Shown: positions 29,869 to 39,287, numbered from the stretch's first letter. The stretch is 64,000 nucleotides of DNA from Alphaproteobacteria bacterium (GCA_965228895.1 OZ245842.1:2400001-2464000); one strand, 5' to 3'. Notes: a model not told the origin generated them from the sequence alone. Program-made: numbers and translations.

Positions 29869-31596
29869 ATGCTCACCTTAGGGATTCACCCCGGCTATCA
29901 TGACGCAGCCGCCGCGCTGTTTGACGACTACCGCCTGGTGGCGGCGGTTGCGCGCGAGCGGCTGACCCGGCGCAAGGGCGACGGCCGCGGCGACGTACCC
30001 GGCGATTGCGTCGACGAGGTTCTGGCGATCGCCGGCACGACACGGCGCGATGTCGACATGGTGGCCAGCACGCGCTCAGCGCTGCCGCAGAGCCTCTACA
30101 CCCATTTCCGAGGCCGCCGCGCCATCGAGGGGCGCGTGCGCCAAGCGTTTGATGCCGAAAAGCTGCGCTTTCTGGCGCTCGAATTGCGCCGCGCCGATAG
30201 CATCAACGCGCTCGACATCATCGATCGAACGGCCTTGCTTGACCGCTATGGTTTTCGCGACGACGCCACCCTGTCATTCGTCAACCATCACGAAGCGCAC
30301 GCCCTGCCGGCGTTGTTCTTCACCGATTGGGACGAGGCCCTGCTCTATACGGCCGATGGCGGCGGCGACAACGTGCAGTATTCCATGCGCGGATTCCGCG
30401 ACGGCGCGCTTCAGACGCTCTACGGCGGTGACGAGGAGCTGCTCAAGGCCAACCGCATCGACAGCCTGGGTATGGCTTATGGCTATTGCACGCAGGTGCT
30501 CGGCTGGAAAATGAACCGCCACGAAGGCAAGTTGACCGGGCTTGCGGCCTATGGCGAGCCCGTCTGTTTTGAGCGACTGGCAGAGCACTTCCACATCGCC
30601 GATAGCGGTGAGATCACCAGCAACTTCGGCAGCTACGCCGAAATGAAGACGTTTCTGGCCGGTCTTGCCGAGCAGGTTAGCCGCGAAGATCTGTCCGCGT
30701 CGATCCAGCACCTGCTGGAGCACCATGTTCTCACCTCGGCGCAGCGTTTTCTGGCGCGCTTTCCTTCCCGCCGTCTGGGTCTGGCCGGCGGCGTCTTTGC
30801 CAATGTCCGGCTCAACCGCCTGCTGGCCGAACAGACCGATGTCGACGAGGTCTTTGTCTTTCCGGCGATGGGCGATGATGGTTTGGCGGTCGGTGCCTGC
30901 CTTAACGCCTTGCGCGAACGCGACGGCTTCAGCCACTGGCTCGATCAACGCTACCGGCTGGACGACGTCTATCTGGGCCGCGACCACGGCAAAGCGATCG
31001 ATGATGTGCTTGAGAATACCCCCGGTGTCATCTCGGACCCGGACAATCCGGTCGCCGCGGCGGTCACGCGTCTGTCAGACGGTCAGGCCGGCGCCATCTA
31101 CACGGCGCGCATGGAGTATGGGCCACGGGCACTTGGCGCGCGCACCATCTTGGGCAACCCGAGTGACCCCACCATCAACGACAGCCTTAACAAGCGGCTG
31201 GCGAGAAGCGAGTTCATGCCTTTCGCACCGGTCGTCACGGAAGAAGACGCCGGCGAGGTCTTTGAAGTCAGCGACCTCAACCGTTACGCCTGCCGTTTCA
31301 TGACCATTACCTGCGCGGTCAAGCCGGCATGGCGCGAGCGCATCCCCGCCGTCGTTCATGTCGACGGCACGGCGCGGCCCCAGGTCATCCGGCGCGACAG
31401 CAACCCGCTCTATTTCGACATCCTGCAGGGCTTCAAGCAGGCCACCGGCCTGCCGGTGCTGATCAACACGTCCTTCAACGTGCACGAGGAGCCGATCGTC
31501 GATACGCCGGAACAGTGCCAGCGGGCACTGCTCGACGACCGTGTCGACTTCGTCGTGACACAAAAGGCCCTCTATCGGTTGGCAGAGCGCGCCTAG
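29869..31596 (+). CDS. O-carbamoyltransferase (NodU/CmcH/TobZ family)
   Basis: HDAAAAL, HHEAHA, EGKLTGLAAYG, AGGVFANV, GPRALGAR, FMPFAP, HVDGTARPQ, NTSFN. Confidence 0.93.
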   Translation: MLTLGIHPGYHDAAAALFDDYRLVAAVARERLTRRKGDGRGDVPGDCVDEVLAIAGTTRRDVDMVASTRSALPQSLYTHFRGRRAIEGRVRQAFDAEKLRFLALELRRADSINALDIIDRTALLDRYGFRDDATLSFVNHHEAHALPALFFTDWDEALLYTADGGGDNVQYSMRGFRDGALQTLYGGDEELLKANRIDSLGMAYGYCTQVLGWKMNRHEGKLTGLAAYGEPVCFERLAEHFHIADSGEITSNFGSYAEMKTFLAGLAEQVSREDLSASIQHLLEHHVLTSAQRFLARFPSRRLGLAGGVFANVRLNRLLAEQTDVDEVFVFPAMGDDGLAVGACLNALRERDGFSHWLDQRYRLDDVYLGRDHGKAIDDVLENTPGVISDPDNPVAAAVTRLSDGQAGAIYTARMEYGPRALGARTILGNPSDPTINDSLNKRLARSEFMPFAPVVTEEDAGEVFEVSDLNRYACRFMTITCAVKPAWRERIPAVVHVDGTARPQVIRRDSNPLYFDILQGFKQATGLPVLINTSFNVHEEPIVDTPEQCQRALLDDRVDFVVTQKALYRLAERA

Positions 31597-31731
31597 AGCA
31601 AATCCTGTTTTGATGGAGTCGCTTCGCGATGGCATCAAGGCAGGTGAATCTGCTCTACTTATCAATCGAGAGCGGATTCACGTGGTTGGGTGGAACCATC
31701 AAGCGGTTCCACCCAACCACGATCCGCTCAA
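31594..31731. repeat. Double-palindrome intergenic element (RIME/Bru-RS-like, MITE-like)
   Basis: Hairpin 1 TAGAGCA...TGCTCTA (31594-31657); hairpin 2 GAGCGGAT..CGTGGTTGGGTGGAACC-N7-GGTTCCACCCAACCACG.ATCCGCTC (31670-31729); starts at the CTAG containing the upstream stop. Confidence 0.75.
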
Positions 31732-31767
31732 TGCGGTGACAATCGATCGGGCGGGAGCCTGGAGGAC

Positions 31768-33435
31768 GTGCCGACCGTGTTGAGACTGTTGACTGTGGTG
31801 GCGCTGGTCGTCCTGCTGCTGCCCCGCGCAGCCGAGGCGGAACGCACCGAACTCGTTATCGGTATCAGCCAGTTCCCGCCGTCGCTCAATCCCGTGCTCG
31901 ACAGCAGCCTGGCGCAAAGTTTCGTGCTGGGCATGACACGCCGGCCGTTCACGGTGTTCGATCAGGCCTGGGAGCTCGTCTGCCTGCTGTGCACCGGCCT
32001 GCCGAGCTTCGGAAACGGCCTGGCCGTGAAGGAAACCCTGCCCGACGGCACAACCGGCGTCGCCGTCACCTACACGATCCATCCCGACGCGACCTGGGCC
32101 GACGGCACGCCGGTGACAACCGAAGACGTCCTGTTCACCTGGAACCTCGGCCGCGAACCGGCCGCAGGCTTTGTCGGACAGGAAGGTTACAGCGATATCC
32201 TGTCGATCGACGTGAAGGACGAGAGAACTTTCACCCTTCATGTCAATAAATTGGACTATCAGTATCAATCTCTTAATGGTTTTGCTGTTTTGCCTGCTCA
32301 CGTCGAGGGTTCGGCAATTGATGATCCCGAGAACTATCGCCACCAGACGGCCTTTGACCGCGACCCGACCAATCCGGGCCTGTGGAACGGCCCTTATCGC
32401 GTTACGGCGGTCGAAACCGGCAGCTACATCGTGCTGGAGCGCAATCCCTATTGGTGGGGCGAAGAACCGCAATTCGACCGTATCACCGTCCGCTCGATCG
32501 AGAACACGTCGGCGCTGCAGGCCAACCTCTTGTCCGGCTCTGTCGATTATGTCCCCGGCGAACTCGGGTTGTCGCTGGATCAGGGCATCTATCTGCAGGA
32601 ACGCTTCGGCGAACGCTATGACGTCGTCTTCAAGCCCGGCCTGCAGTACGAGCACATCGACGTGCTGCTCTCCAATCCCATCCTGGCCGACGTTCGGGTT
32701 CGCCGCGCCCTGCTCTACGCGGCCGACCGCGCGGCGATCGTCGCGAGCCTGTTCGACGGCAAGAACATCGTCGCCAACGGCTTCGTGCATCCGCTCGACC
32801 CGATGCACGCGGATGACCTGCCGACCTATCCCTACGACCCCGACAAGGCGCGCGAGCTGCTGGAAGAAGCCGGCTGGACGACGATCGGCGCAGACGGCGT
32901 TCGGCGCAACGCGGCCGGCGACCGGCTTTCGCTGACCTTGATGTCGACGGCCGGCAACTACGAGCGCGGCCTGGTCGAACAGGTCTTGCAGTACGAGTGG
33001 CGGCAGATCGGCATCGAGACGATTATCGAAAACCAGCCGCCCCGGGTTCTCTTCGGCAACACGATTTCGCGACGGGAGTACAAGGCGCTGGCCCTGTTCG
33101 CCTGGTTCAGTTCGCCCGAGAACCTGCCGAAGTCGACTCTTTACTCGACCCGCATCCCGACCGCCGAGAACGGCTGGTCCGGCCAGAATTACACCGGCTT
33201 CAGCGATCCCGAGGTCGACCGGCTGATCGATGAGGCCGAGGTCGAACTGGATGCGGACCGGCGCAAGGAGCTGTGGCGTCAGTTACAGGTGATCTACGCC
33301 GACCAGCTTCCGGTCCTGCCGCTCTATTTCCGTGCGTCCGCCTATGTCACACCCCATTGGCTGACCGGCGTTCGCCCGACCGGCAACCAGTTTCCGTCGA
33401 CACTGTGGGTCGAGGAGTGGCGCGCCAGTGACTAG
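31768..33435 (+). CDS. Peptide/nickel ABC transporter substrate-binding protein (SBP family 5)
   Basis: GGAGG-GTG start, signal peptide, WADGTPVTTEDV, NGPY, YPYDPDKARELLEEAGW, QLPVLPLY. Confidence 0.92.
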   Translation: MPTVLRLLTVVALVVLLLPRAAEAERTELVIGISQFPPSLNPVLDSSLAQSFVLGMTRRPFTVFDQAWELVCLLCTGLPSFGNGLAVKETLPDGTTGVAVTYTIHPDATWADGTPVTTEDVLFTWNLGREPAAGFVGQEGYSDILSIDVKDERTFTLHVNKLDYQYQSLNGFAVLPAHVEGSAIDDPENYRHQTAFDRDPTNPGLWNGPYRVTAVETGSYIVLERNPYWWGEEPQFDRITVRSIENTSALQANLLSGSVDYVPGELGLSLDQGIYLQERFGERYDVVFKPGLQYEHIDVLLSNPILADVRVRRALLYAADRAAIVASLFDGKNIVANGFVHPLDPMHADDLPTYPYDPDKARELLEEAGWTTIGADGVRRNAAGDRLSLTLMSTAGNYERGLVEQVLQYEWRQIGIETIIENQPPRVLFGNTISRREYKALALFAWFSSPENLPKSTLYSTRIPTAENGWSGQNYTGFSDPEVDRLIDEAEVELDADRRKELWRQLQVIYADQLPVLPLYFRASAYVTPHWLTGVRPTGNQFPSTLWVEEWRASD

Positions 33436-33468
33436 CCAAACAGCATTCCCTGCCTGCCAGAGGCCGCC

Positions 33469-34431
33469 ATGCTGCGCTTTCTGATCGGCCGGTTGATCGG
33501 CTCCATGATCGTGCTCTTGGTCATGAGCCTGGTGATCTACCTCCTGATCGGTCTGATGCCGGGCGACCCGATCGATCTGATGTTCCAGGCCGACCCCACC
33601 ATCACGCCGGAGGATTTGGCGCAGCTGCGCGCCGTCTACGGCCTCGATCAGCCGCTCCTGAGCCGCTACGCCGCCTGGCTCGGCAACGCACTGCAGGGCG
33701 ATTTCGGGTTCTCGCGCAGCTACCGCCAGCCGGTTCTGGAAATCCTCGCGCCCCGCATGGTGAACACGTTGTGGCTGATGGGGATCAGCTTTGTCCTCTC
33801 GCTCGCCATCGCCATCCCGCTGGGCGTTTTGGCGGCCGTCAGACAGAACGGGCCCGTTGACCTGGGCGTCAACGTGGTCGCGCTCGCAGGCTATTCGGTG
33901 CCGGTCTTCTGGCTCGCGTTGCTGCTGATCTATTTCTTCGCCGTTGATCTCGCCTGGTTGCCGGCCGGTGGGTCGGGCGTCGACGCCAAAACCCTGTGGG
34001 GCAAGGCACAGTTCCTGGTCTTGCCGGTCGCGGCCTTGACCCTGACGGGCCTCGGCGCCATCACCCGGTTCATGCGCGGCGAGATGATCGAGGCGCTACG
34101 CCAGGACTATGTCCGCACGGCGCGCGCGAAAGGCCTTTCTTATCGCCGCGTTGTCATGGGCCATGCATTCCGCAACGCCATGATCCCGGTTGTCACGATC
34201 ATCGCCTTGGGTTTCGGCACACTTGTGTCCGGCGCGCTCGTTGTCGAGACCATGTTCGGCTATCTCGGCATGGGTAAGCTGATGTTCGATTCGATCCTGG
34301 CCAACGACTACAACGTCGCCCTGGTCGGCCTCTTGATCGCGACACTGCTAACCTTGGTCGCCAATATCATCGCCGATATCGCCTATGCCGCTCTCGACCC
34401 GCGCATTCGTTACGGCGGACGTCCGGCATGA
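33469..34431 (+). CDS. Peptide ABC transporter permease (OppB/DppB type)
   Basis: MPGDP, GDFGFS, DYVRTARAKGL EAA loop. Confidence 0.93.
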   Translation: MLRFLIGRLIGSMIVLLVMSLVIYLLIGLMPGDPIDLMFQADPTITPEDLAQLRAVYGLDQPLLSRYAAWLGNALQGDFGFSRSYRQPVLEILAPRMVNTLWLMGISFVLSLAIAIPLGVLAAVRQNGPVDLGVNVVALAGYSVPVFWLALLLIYFFAVDLAWLPAGGSGVDAKTLWGKAQFLVLPVAALTLTGLGAITRFMRGEMIEALRQDYVRTARAKGLSYRRVVMGHAFRNAMIPVVTIIALGFGTLVSGALVVETMFGYLGMGKLMFDSILANDYNVALVGLLIATLLTLVANIIADIAYAALDPRIRYGGRPA

Positions 34432-35327
34432 GCGAGATCGTCGTCCAAGGTCGACGCGGCCTGTTCGCACGCCTCAGCCAGCGTCCGGTCGCCATGTTGA
34501 GCGCCCTGGTCTTGGTCGTGTTCGCGGTCCTGGCCTTAATGGCGCCGCTGTTCGAGGTTTGGCTTGGCCACACCGCATCCGATGTCGATCTCGCCGGCCG
34601 TTTCGCCGGCCCCTCAGCCAGCCATCTCCTGGGCCAGGACGAGATCGGCCGTGACGTCTTTCTGCGGCTGCTTTATGGCGCCAGGGTGTCGCTTGCGACC
34701 GGCCTGACCGCCGCCGTTGCCTCGGCCATCATCGGCACCATCATCGGCCTGATTGCCGGCTACCGCGGTGGTTGGCTCGACGACTTCCTGATGCGCTGCA
34801 CGGACTCCGTCATCGCGCTGCCGTTGCTGCCGCTCTTGATCGTCTTGGCGGCGGTCGACCTTTCGAAGCTGGGCCTGGGCGACCTTGAGGGGTCGTCAAA
34901 TGCCGCGCGCATCGTCGTCATCGTGTCGCTGGTCAGTTGGACCACCGTGGCCCGCCTGGTGCGCGGCGCGACCTTGACCTTGCGCGAACGGACTTTCGTG
35001 TTGGCTGCCCATGCCCAGGGCGCCGGCGCCATGCGGATCATGACAAGCCACATCCTGCCCAACGTCTCTGGCCCGATCATCGTCGCGACGACGCTGGCCG
35101 TCGGCAACGTCATCTTGTTCGAGTCCGTCCTGAGCTTCCTGGGGCTGGGTATTCAGCCGCCCTTGGCGAGCTGGGGCAATATGCTGACCGACGCCCAGAT
35201 CCTGATCTGGCAGGCGCCGATGCTGGCGGTTTATCCGGGCTTGGCGATCTTCTTGACCGTGCTTGCCTGTAACCTGCTGGGCAACGGCCTGCAGGACATC
35301 TTCGACCCGCGCGCCGATCCGGCCTAG
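34428..35327 (+). CDS. Peptide ABC transporter permease (OppC/DppC type)
   Basis: HLLGQDEIGRD, YGARVSL, HILPN, LSFLGLG. Confidence 0.93.
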   Translation: MSEIVVQGRRGLFARLSQRPVAMLSALVLVVFAVLALMAPLFEVWLGHTASDVDLAGRFAGPSASHLLGQDEIGRDVFLRLLYGARVSLATGLTAAVASAIIGTIIGLIAGYRGGWLDDFLMRCTDSVIALPLLPLLIVLAAVDLSKLGLGDLEGSSNAARIVVIVSLVSWTTVARLVRGATLTLRERTFVLAAHAQGAGAMRIMTSHILPNVSGPIIVATTLAVGNVILFESVLSFLGLGIQPPLASWGNMLTDAQILIWQAPMLAVYPGLAIFLTVLACNLLGNGLQDIFDPRADPA

Positions 35328-35357
35328 CACCAAATCAGCCCCCGGTGACCACGGACA

Positions 35358-35385
35358 TTGACGGCACCTTAGGGTTTGTTATATC
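35358..35385 (+). promoter_or_regulatory. Candidate sigma70 promoter of tRNA-Asn
   Basis: TTGACG-N16-TATATC just upstream of the tRNA. Confidence 0.5.
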
Positions 35386-35401
35386 CCCCACATCCCACTG
35401 A

Positions 35402-35477
35402 TCCGCGGTAGCTCAGTTGGTAGAGCGGGTGGCTGTTAACCACTAGGTCATAGGTTCGAGTCCTATCCGCGGAGCCA
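35402..35477 (+). tRNA. tRNA-Asn(GTT)
   Basis: TCCGCGG/CCGCGGA acceptor stem, AGCTCAGTTGGTAGAGC D-arm, GTGG-CTGTTAA-CCAC anticodon arm, GGTTCGAGTCC, CCA end; 76 nt. Confidence 0.97.
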
Positions 35478-35485
35478 ATTCGATC

Positions 35486-35519
35486 AAGGGGTTGGGCCGA
35501 AAAGGTCCAACCCCTTTTT
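35486..35519. terminator. Intrinsic (probably bidirectional) terminator after tRNA-Asn
   Basis: AAGGGGTTGGGCC-GAAAA-GGTCCAACCCCTT followed by TTT. Confidence 0.75.
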
Positions 35520-35549
35520 CACGGCTGCGGATTTTCAGGTCGAGCCCAG

Positions 35550-37274
35550 CTAAACCGCAATCGCCGTTTGATCGGCAGGGCCCGACAAATTGTCCCTTTT
35601 ACCGCCCCACCGGGCGCAGGACGCGGCAATCGGCGCTGACATGTAGACGACGGGAAAATCGACCCAATCCTTGCGCGACTGCGCGTTCTCCCATGATCGC
35701 CTGGAGACTTCCAGCAGGCGGGCGTTACCGCACTCGGCCAGCTCCATGTCAAGCCGGGACCGCTTGATCACCGAGCGCCAGTAGCAGTTGCCGATCGCCT
35801 GACGCCCCCGGGGGATCGAAAACGCCATGTTCCGTGAGCGATTCCATAACCGGTTCGGCACCGTCCCGCGGAAATCATCGCACAAACCGCGTTTCGCCAG
35901 AGCCTGCGATAGCGCAGTGTCAAAGACCCGTCGCGTCTTGGGCGACGCCAGGTCGGACTGCAGCCATGACGCCATCAGCTGACGCTGCATGAACGGGTAC
36001 GAAACCGGCAGGAACCAATCGCACAAATCGAACGTGTTCGATAACCAGCGCGACTGCATCCACTGCACCTTCAGCAACACGTAGGCGCGATGCGAACCGT
36101 GGTCTCGCTTGAGGTCGACGTAGAGATCCTCGACGTACTCCTTGATTGTCGCCCACTCTTTTTCATAGAGTTTCAAGTAGGCCCGGTTGTCGCCACGCTC
36201 CCGCAGCAAAAGAGACAGCACGACCCGTACGTCATTGGGGCCACCGAGATTCTCCAACCTCTTGCCGCGGAAGACATCGCCCAAGAAGCCAATTGACGCC
36301 CGGTCCGCAAACTTACTGGCATGGTCGAATGCAACGATATTGTGCGCCGTCTGCAAGCCGGAACAGCCGGCATGGAGCCCAACGACCTCGTCGGCGTACG
36401 TCTGAAGCGTCCAGTCCTTGTACGGCACGTCGATGAAGTCAAAACCCAGCTTGTGAGCCCGCTGCTTACCTCTCAGCATGTCCATGGAGAAGCTTTCACC
36501 AAACGTCACCGCACGCCCGGGGTGGGTGGCATGAGATAGCGCGATAAAAAGCGAGTCGCGTCCGCCAGACAGCATAAGCACGCTTCGATCGTCGTAGGCG
36601 TCCCGTTCGACACCGTTTTCGATCAAGCTTCGCAGGGACTCTGGGCTCCATGCCGGTGCGTCGACATCCAGCAGGCCTTCCAGGCCCGCACCGCGATCGA
36701 CGTGAACGTCAGCCTTCCCACTTGCATCGACGTGCGCCGTCAATCGTGCCGCCGGTGTCAACCTGTAGATGCCGGCAAAATGCATCTCTTCAAAGATTTG
36801 CTGGCGCCCAAACAACAGAGAAGCGACCGCGGTTTCGTTGAGGGCCGGCAGTTCCGGCAACGTGTCCAGAAGCAGGCCGAGATGTGTGCTGAAGTGGACT
36901 TGCCGCCCCCTCGTCGCGTAATAGATTGCCCCGGCGCCGAGCCAATCTGTTGCCAGTTCAACGCCGTTGCGCGTGAACGCGAGACGGGCGAACTTGCCGT
37001 CCAAGTCGGCGGCATCAGCCTGCGTCTTGTCGTCAAGCAAGCGGTTCTCGAAAAAGGGGCGGCCGGTGTACAAAACGAGAGAGGCTGAATTGTCGAGCAC
37101 CAAAGGCTCGGCGGCGTCGTGATCAACAAACGTTACGGTTGCCGATCCGACGTTTACGGTCGTCGCGGCATGCCCACAAATCGCCGTTGGCGCCGCAACC
37201 TCGCCTGACCCAGAACCCAGTACGCCAACAAACGCGCGCACAAACCGGTTCTGCCGTTTACCTGAGCCCGTCAT
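35550..37274 (-). CDS. Asparagine-synthetase-related protein (degenerate Ntn domain + PP-loop ATP pyrophosphatase)
   Basis: LDGKFA, ATDWLGAGAIYY, HFSTHL, GIYRL.P, LMLSGGRDS, GFLGDVF, VSYPFM; no N-terminal Cys. Confidence 0.75.
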   Translation of the reverse strand: MTGSGKRQNRFVRAFVGVLGSGSGEVAAPTAICGHAATTVNVGSATVTFVDHDAAEPLVLDNSASLVLYTGRPFFENRLLDDKTQADAADLDGKFARLAFTRNGVELATDWLGAGAIYYATRGRQVHFSTHLGLLLDTLPELPALNETAVASLLFGRQQIFEEMHFAGIYRLTPAARLTAHVDASGKADVHVDRGAGLEGLLDVDAPAWSPESLRSLIENGVERDAYDDRSVLMLSGGRDSLFIALSHATHPGRAVTFGESFSMDMLRGKQRAHKLGFDFIDVPYKDWTLQTYADEVVGLHAGCSGLQTAHNIVAFDHASKFADRASIGFLGDVFRGKRLENLGGPNDVRVVLSLLLRERGDNRAYLKLYEKEWATIKEYVEDLYVDLKRDHGSHRAYVLLKVQWMQSRWLSNTFDLCDWFLPVSYPFMQRQLMASWLQSDLASPKTRRVFDTALSQALAKRGLCDDFRGTVPNRLWNRSRNMAFSIPRGRQAIGNCYWRSVIKRSRLDMELAECGNARLLEVSRRSWENAQSRKDWVDFPVVYMSAPIAASCARWGGKRDNLSGPADQTAIAV

Positions 37275-37636
37275 TCACAACCAATCCTGCTAACGGCGCC
37301 TGAGGCCAAACCCTTCGGCGCCTTCACACACGGACATAAGCCGTCGGCTGCGTTTCCGGCTCGTTCGCCTACGTGCGCTCCCGTTCCGACGGAATCGATA
37401 CGCCGAAACAAAATCTGTGAACAAAGGTAATGCCAGCAGGCCGTCAAATGAAACTACTAAGAAGTTCGACCAACTACGATCAAAAGTGGTACACCCATAT
37501 TGGCAATACTGTCTGAGATCGCCTATGCAGGGGCGATAACGACTTGGCATGAGAGTGCACGTGGCGCCCAAGAATAAGCTTCGACTGTTCCCCTTAGTAA
37601 AGGTCTGTGCTCGCCGCGCCTGCCGTCTCTATATCG

Positions 37637-39166
37637 ATGGCGGGACGCCGTACGCGCCATGGTGACGGTTTGAAGAGCATTCGGGGCAAAACGTCGTCGC
37701 AAACCATCGGCTGGATGGCGTGGGTCAGTGGCGGACAACTGATCAAGATGGTCGTCAGCGTGGGGTCGGTCGCCATTCTTGCGCGCCTGCTGACCCTGGA
37801 AGACTATGGTGTCTTCGCCGCCGCGATGATCTTTATCGGGATTGTGCAGTCTGGCCTGGTCCAGGGTGGGTTTCCCGCTGCGGTCATCCAGCGCCAGGAC
37901 CTGAAGCCGCTCCATATCCGCAACGCCTTCACCGGCATCTTGATCCTTCACGTCCTCGTCGGGCTGGCGATCTGGTTCGGCGCGGGCGCCATCGCCGACT
38001 TTTTCGCTATGCCGCCCCTGACGGACATCATGCGGGTGCTGTGTCTGACAATTGCGCTCAACCCGTTTCTGGCTGTGTCTTTGGCGTTGCTGAAACGGCG
38101 CAAACGGTTCCGTTTCCTCACCGTGACGAACCTTCTTTCGAACGTCGTTGCGAGCACGGCCGTGGCCATCGCGCTCGCATGGGCCGGCTATGGCGTTTGG
38201 TCCTTGGTCATCGCGAACATCACGTCAACGGTGTTGAGCGCGACCATTATGTTTGCCGCCGCGCACTTCAACCCGATCCCCATCATCACCGCGCATATGC
38301 GCGACCTGTTGAAAATGAGCCTCGGCATGAGTCTGGTTGGAGCCCTCAACATGTTTGCGGGTCAGGCCTCGAAGTTCGTCATCGGTCGCGCACTGGGGGC
38401 CGACGCCTTGGGTCTGTTCAACCGCGCCAGTCGGCTGATCGATTTTCCCTCGATGCTTCTGGGGTCGCCACAGGTTCTGTTTCCGGTCATGGCCGACATG
38501 AACGACGACCGGGCACGCATGGCCCGGGGCTTTCTGCGTTCGATTGCCTTATGCTCGCTTGCCGCGGTGCCGCTAACCGTTCTCCTCTTTCATGCCGCCG
38601 ACGGCCTGGTTACGCTACTGTTGGGTGGCCAGTGGCTTGCGGCTATCGGCCCCACGGCAATTCTGTCGCTAACCCTCGTCCTTATGCTGGGTGACAGGAT
38701 CGCCTCGGTTGTCTTCATGGCCCTGGGCACGGTTCGACAACTGATCCTTCGGCAAAGCATTTTTGCCGTGCTGGTCATCGTCGGTTCCATCATCGGCAGC
38801 CGCTGGGGTCTTGAGGGTGTTTGTGTAGCCGTCGTCGTCGCCTATGTGCTCAGCTACGCTCTGGCCATTCATCTCGTCAACCGTTTGCTGGACATCGGCT
38901 GGCGCCGCTTTGCCCGCGCTAATCTGCCGGGCCTGTTCCTCGCGCTTCCGGTCCTGGCGACCCTGATCCTTGGCGAAACCTTCGTTTGGTCAGACGTCCG
39001 GGCAATCTTCCTGTTCCCGATCGAGGCGGCCGCCACCGGCGTGGTCATCTATGGCGCATGCCTTATTAAGCCGGCCTGGTTTCTGGGGCCCGACGGCATC
39101 TGGCTGGTTCAGGAGATCAGCCGGCGCGTGCCGAGTCCGCTGCAGCGCTTGCTTCCCCGGGTCTAG
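37637..39166 (+). CDS. Oligosaccharide flippase (Wzx/WzxC, MOP superfamily)
   Basis: AILARLLTLEDYG, AVIQRQDL, GYGVWSLV, IGRALGADALGLF.RA. Confidence 0.9.
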   Translation: MAGRRTRHGDGLKSIRGKTSSQTIGWMAWVSGGQLIKMVVSVGSVAILARLLTLEDYGVFAAAMIFIGIVQSGLVQGGFPAAVIQRQDLKPLHIRNAFTGILILHVLVGLAIWFGAGAIADFFAMPPLTDIMRVLCLTIALNPFLAVSLALLKRRKRFRFLTVTNLLSNVVASTAVAIALAWAGYGVWSLVIANITSTVLSATIMFAAAHFNPIPIITAHMRDLLKMSLGMSLVGALNMFAGQASKFVIGRALGADALGLFNRASRLIDFPSMLLGSPQVLFPVMADMNDDRARMARGFLRSIALCSLAAVPLTVLLFHAADGLVTLLLGGQWLAAIGPTAILSLTLVLMLGDRIASVVFMALGTVRQLILRQSIFAVLVIVGSIIGSRWGLEGVCVAVVVAYVLSYALAIHLVNRLLDIGWRRFARANLPGLFLALPVLATLILGETFVWSDVRAIFLFPIEAAATGVVIYGACLIKPAWFLGPDGIWLVQEISRRVPSPLQRLLPRV

Positions 39167-39287
39167 AACCGGTCCAGCTCGGCTGCGGGCACAACGCACA
39201 TCTCGCGAATTTCGGACAACGGTGGCAGAGTGCGCCTACCAGGCGCGCTCGGCTGGACCATCGCGCCGCGCGACGAGGAGAACGACG

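Noticed and set aside
35550-37636. Lasso peptide cluster (Asn-synthetase-like cyclase)
   Set aside because: No transglutaminase-like peptidase, PqqD/RRE protein or plausible precursor peptide nearby; the neighbour is a polysaccharide flippase.
24846-39166. Integrative element or prophage at tRNA-Cys or tRNA-Asn
   Set aside because: No integrase, phage or conjugation genes, and I found no duplicated tRNA 3' end.
39220-39232. 13-bp match (CGGTGGCAGAGTG) to tRNA-Cys 24850-24862 as an att site
   Set aside because: It matches the 5'/D-arm rather than the 3' end, is short in GC-rich DNA, and no integrase is present.
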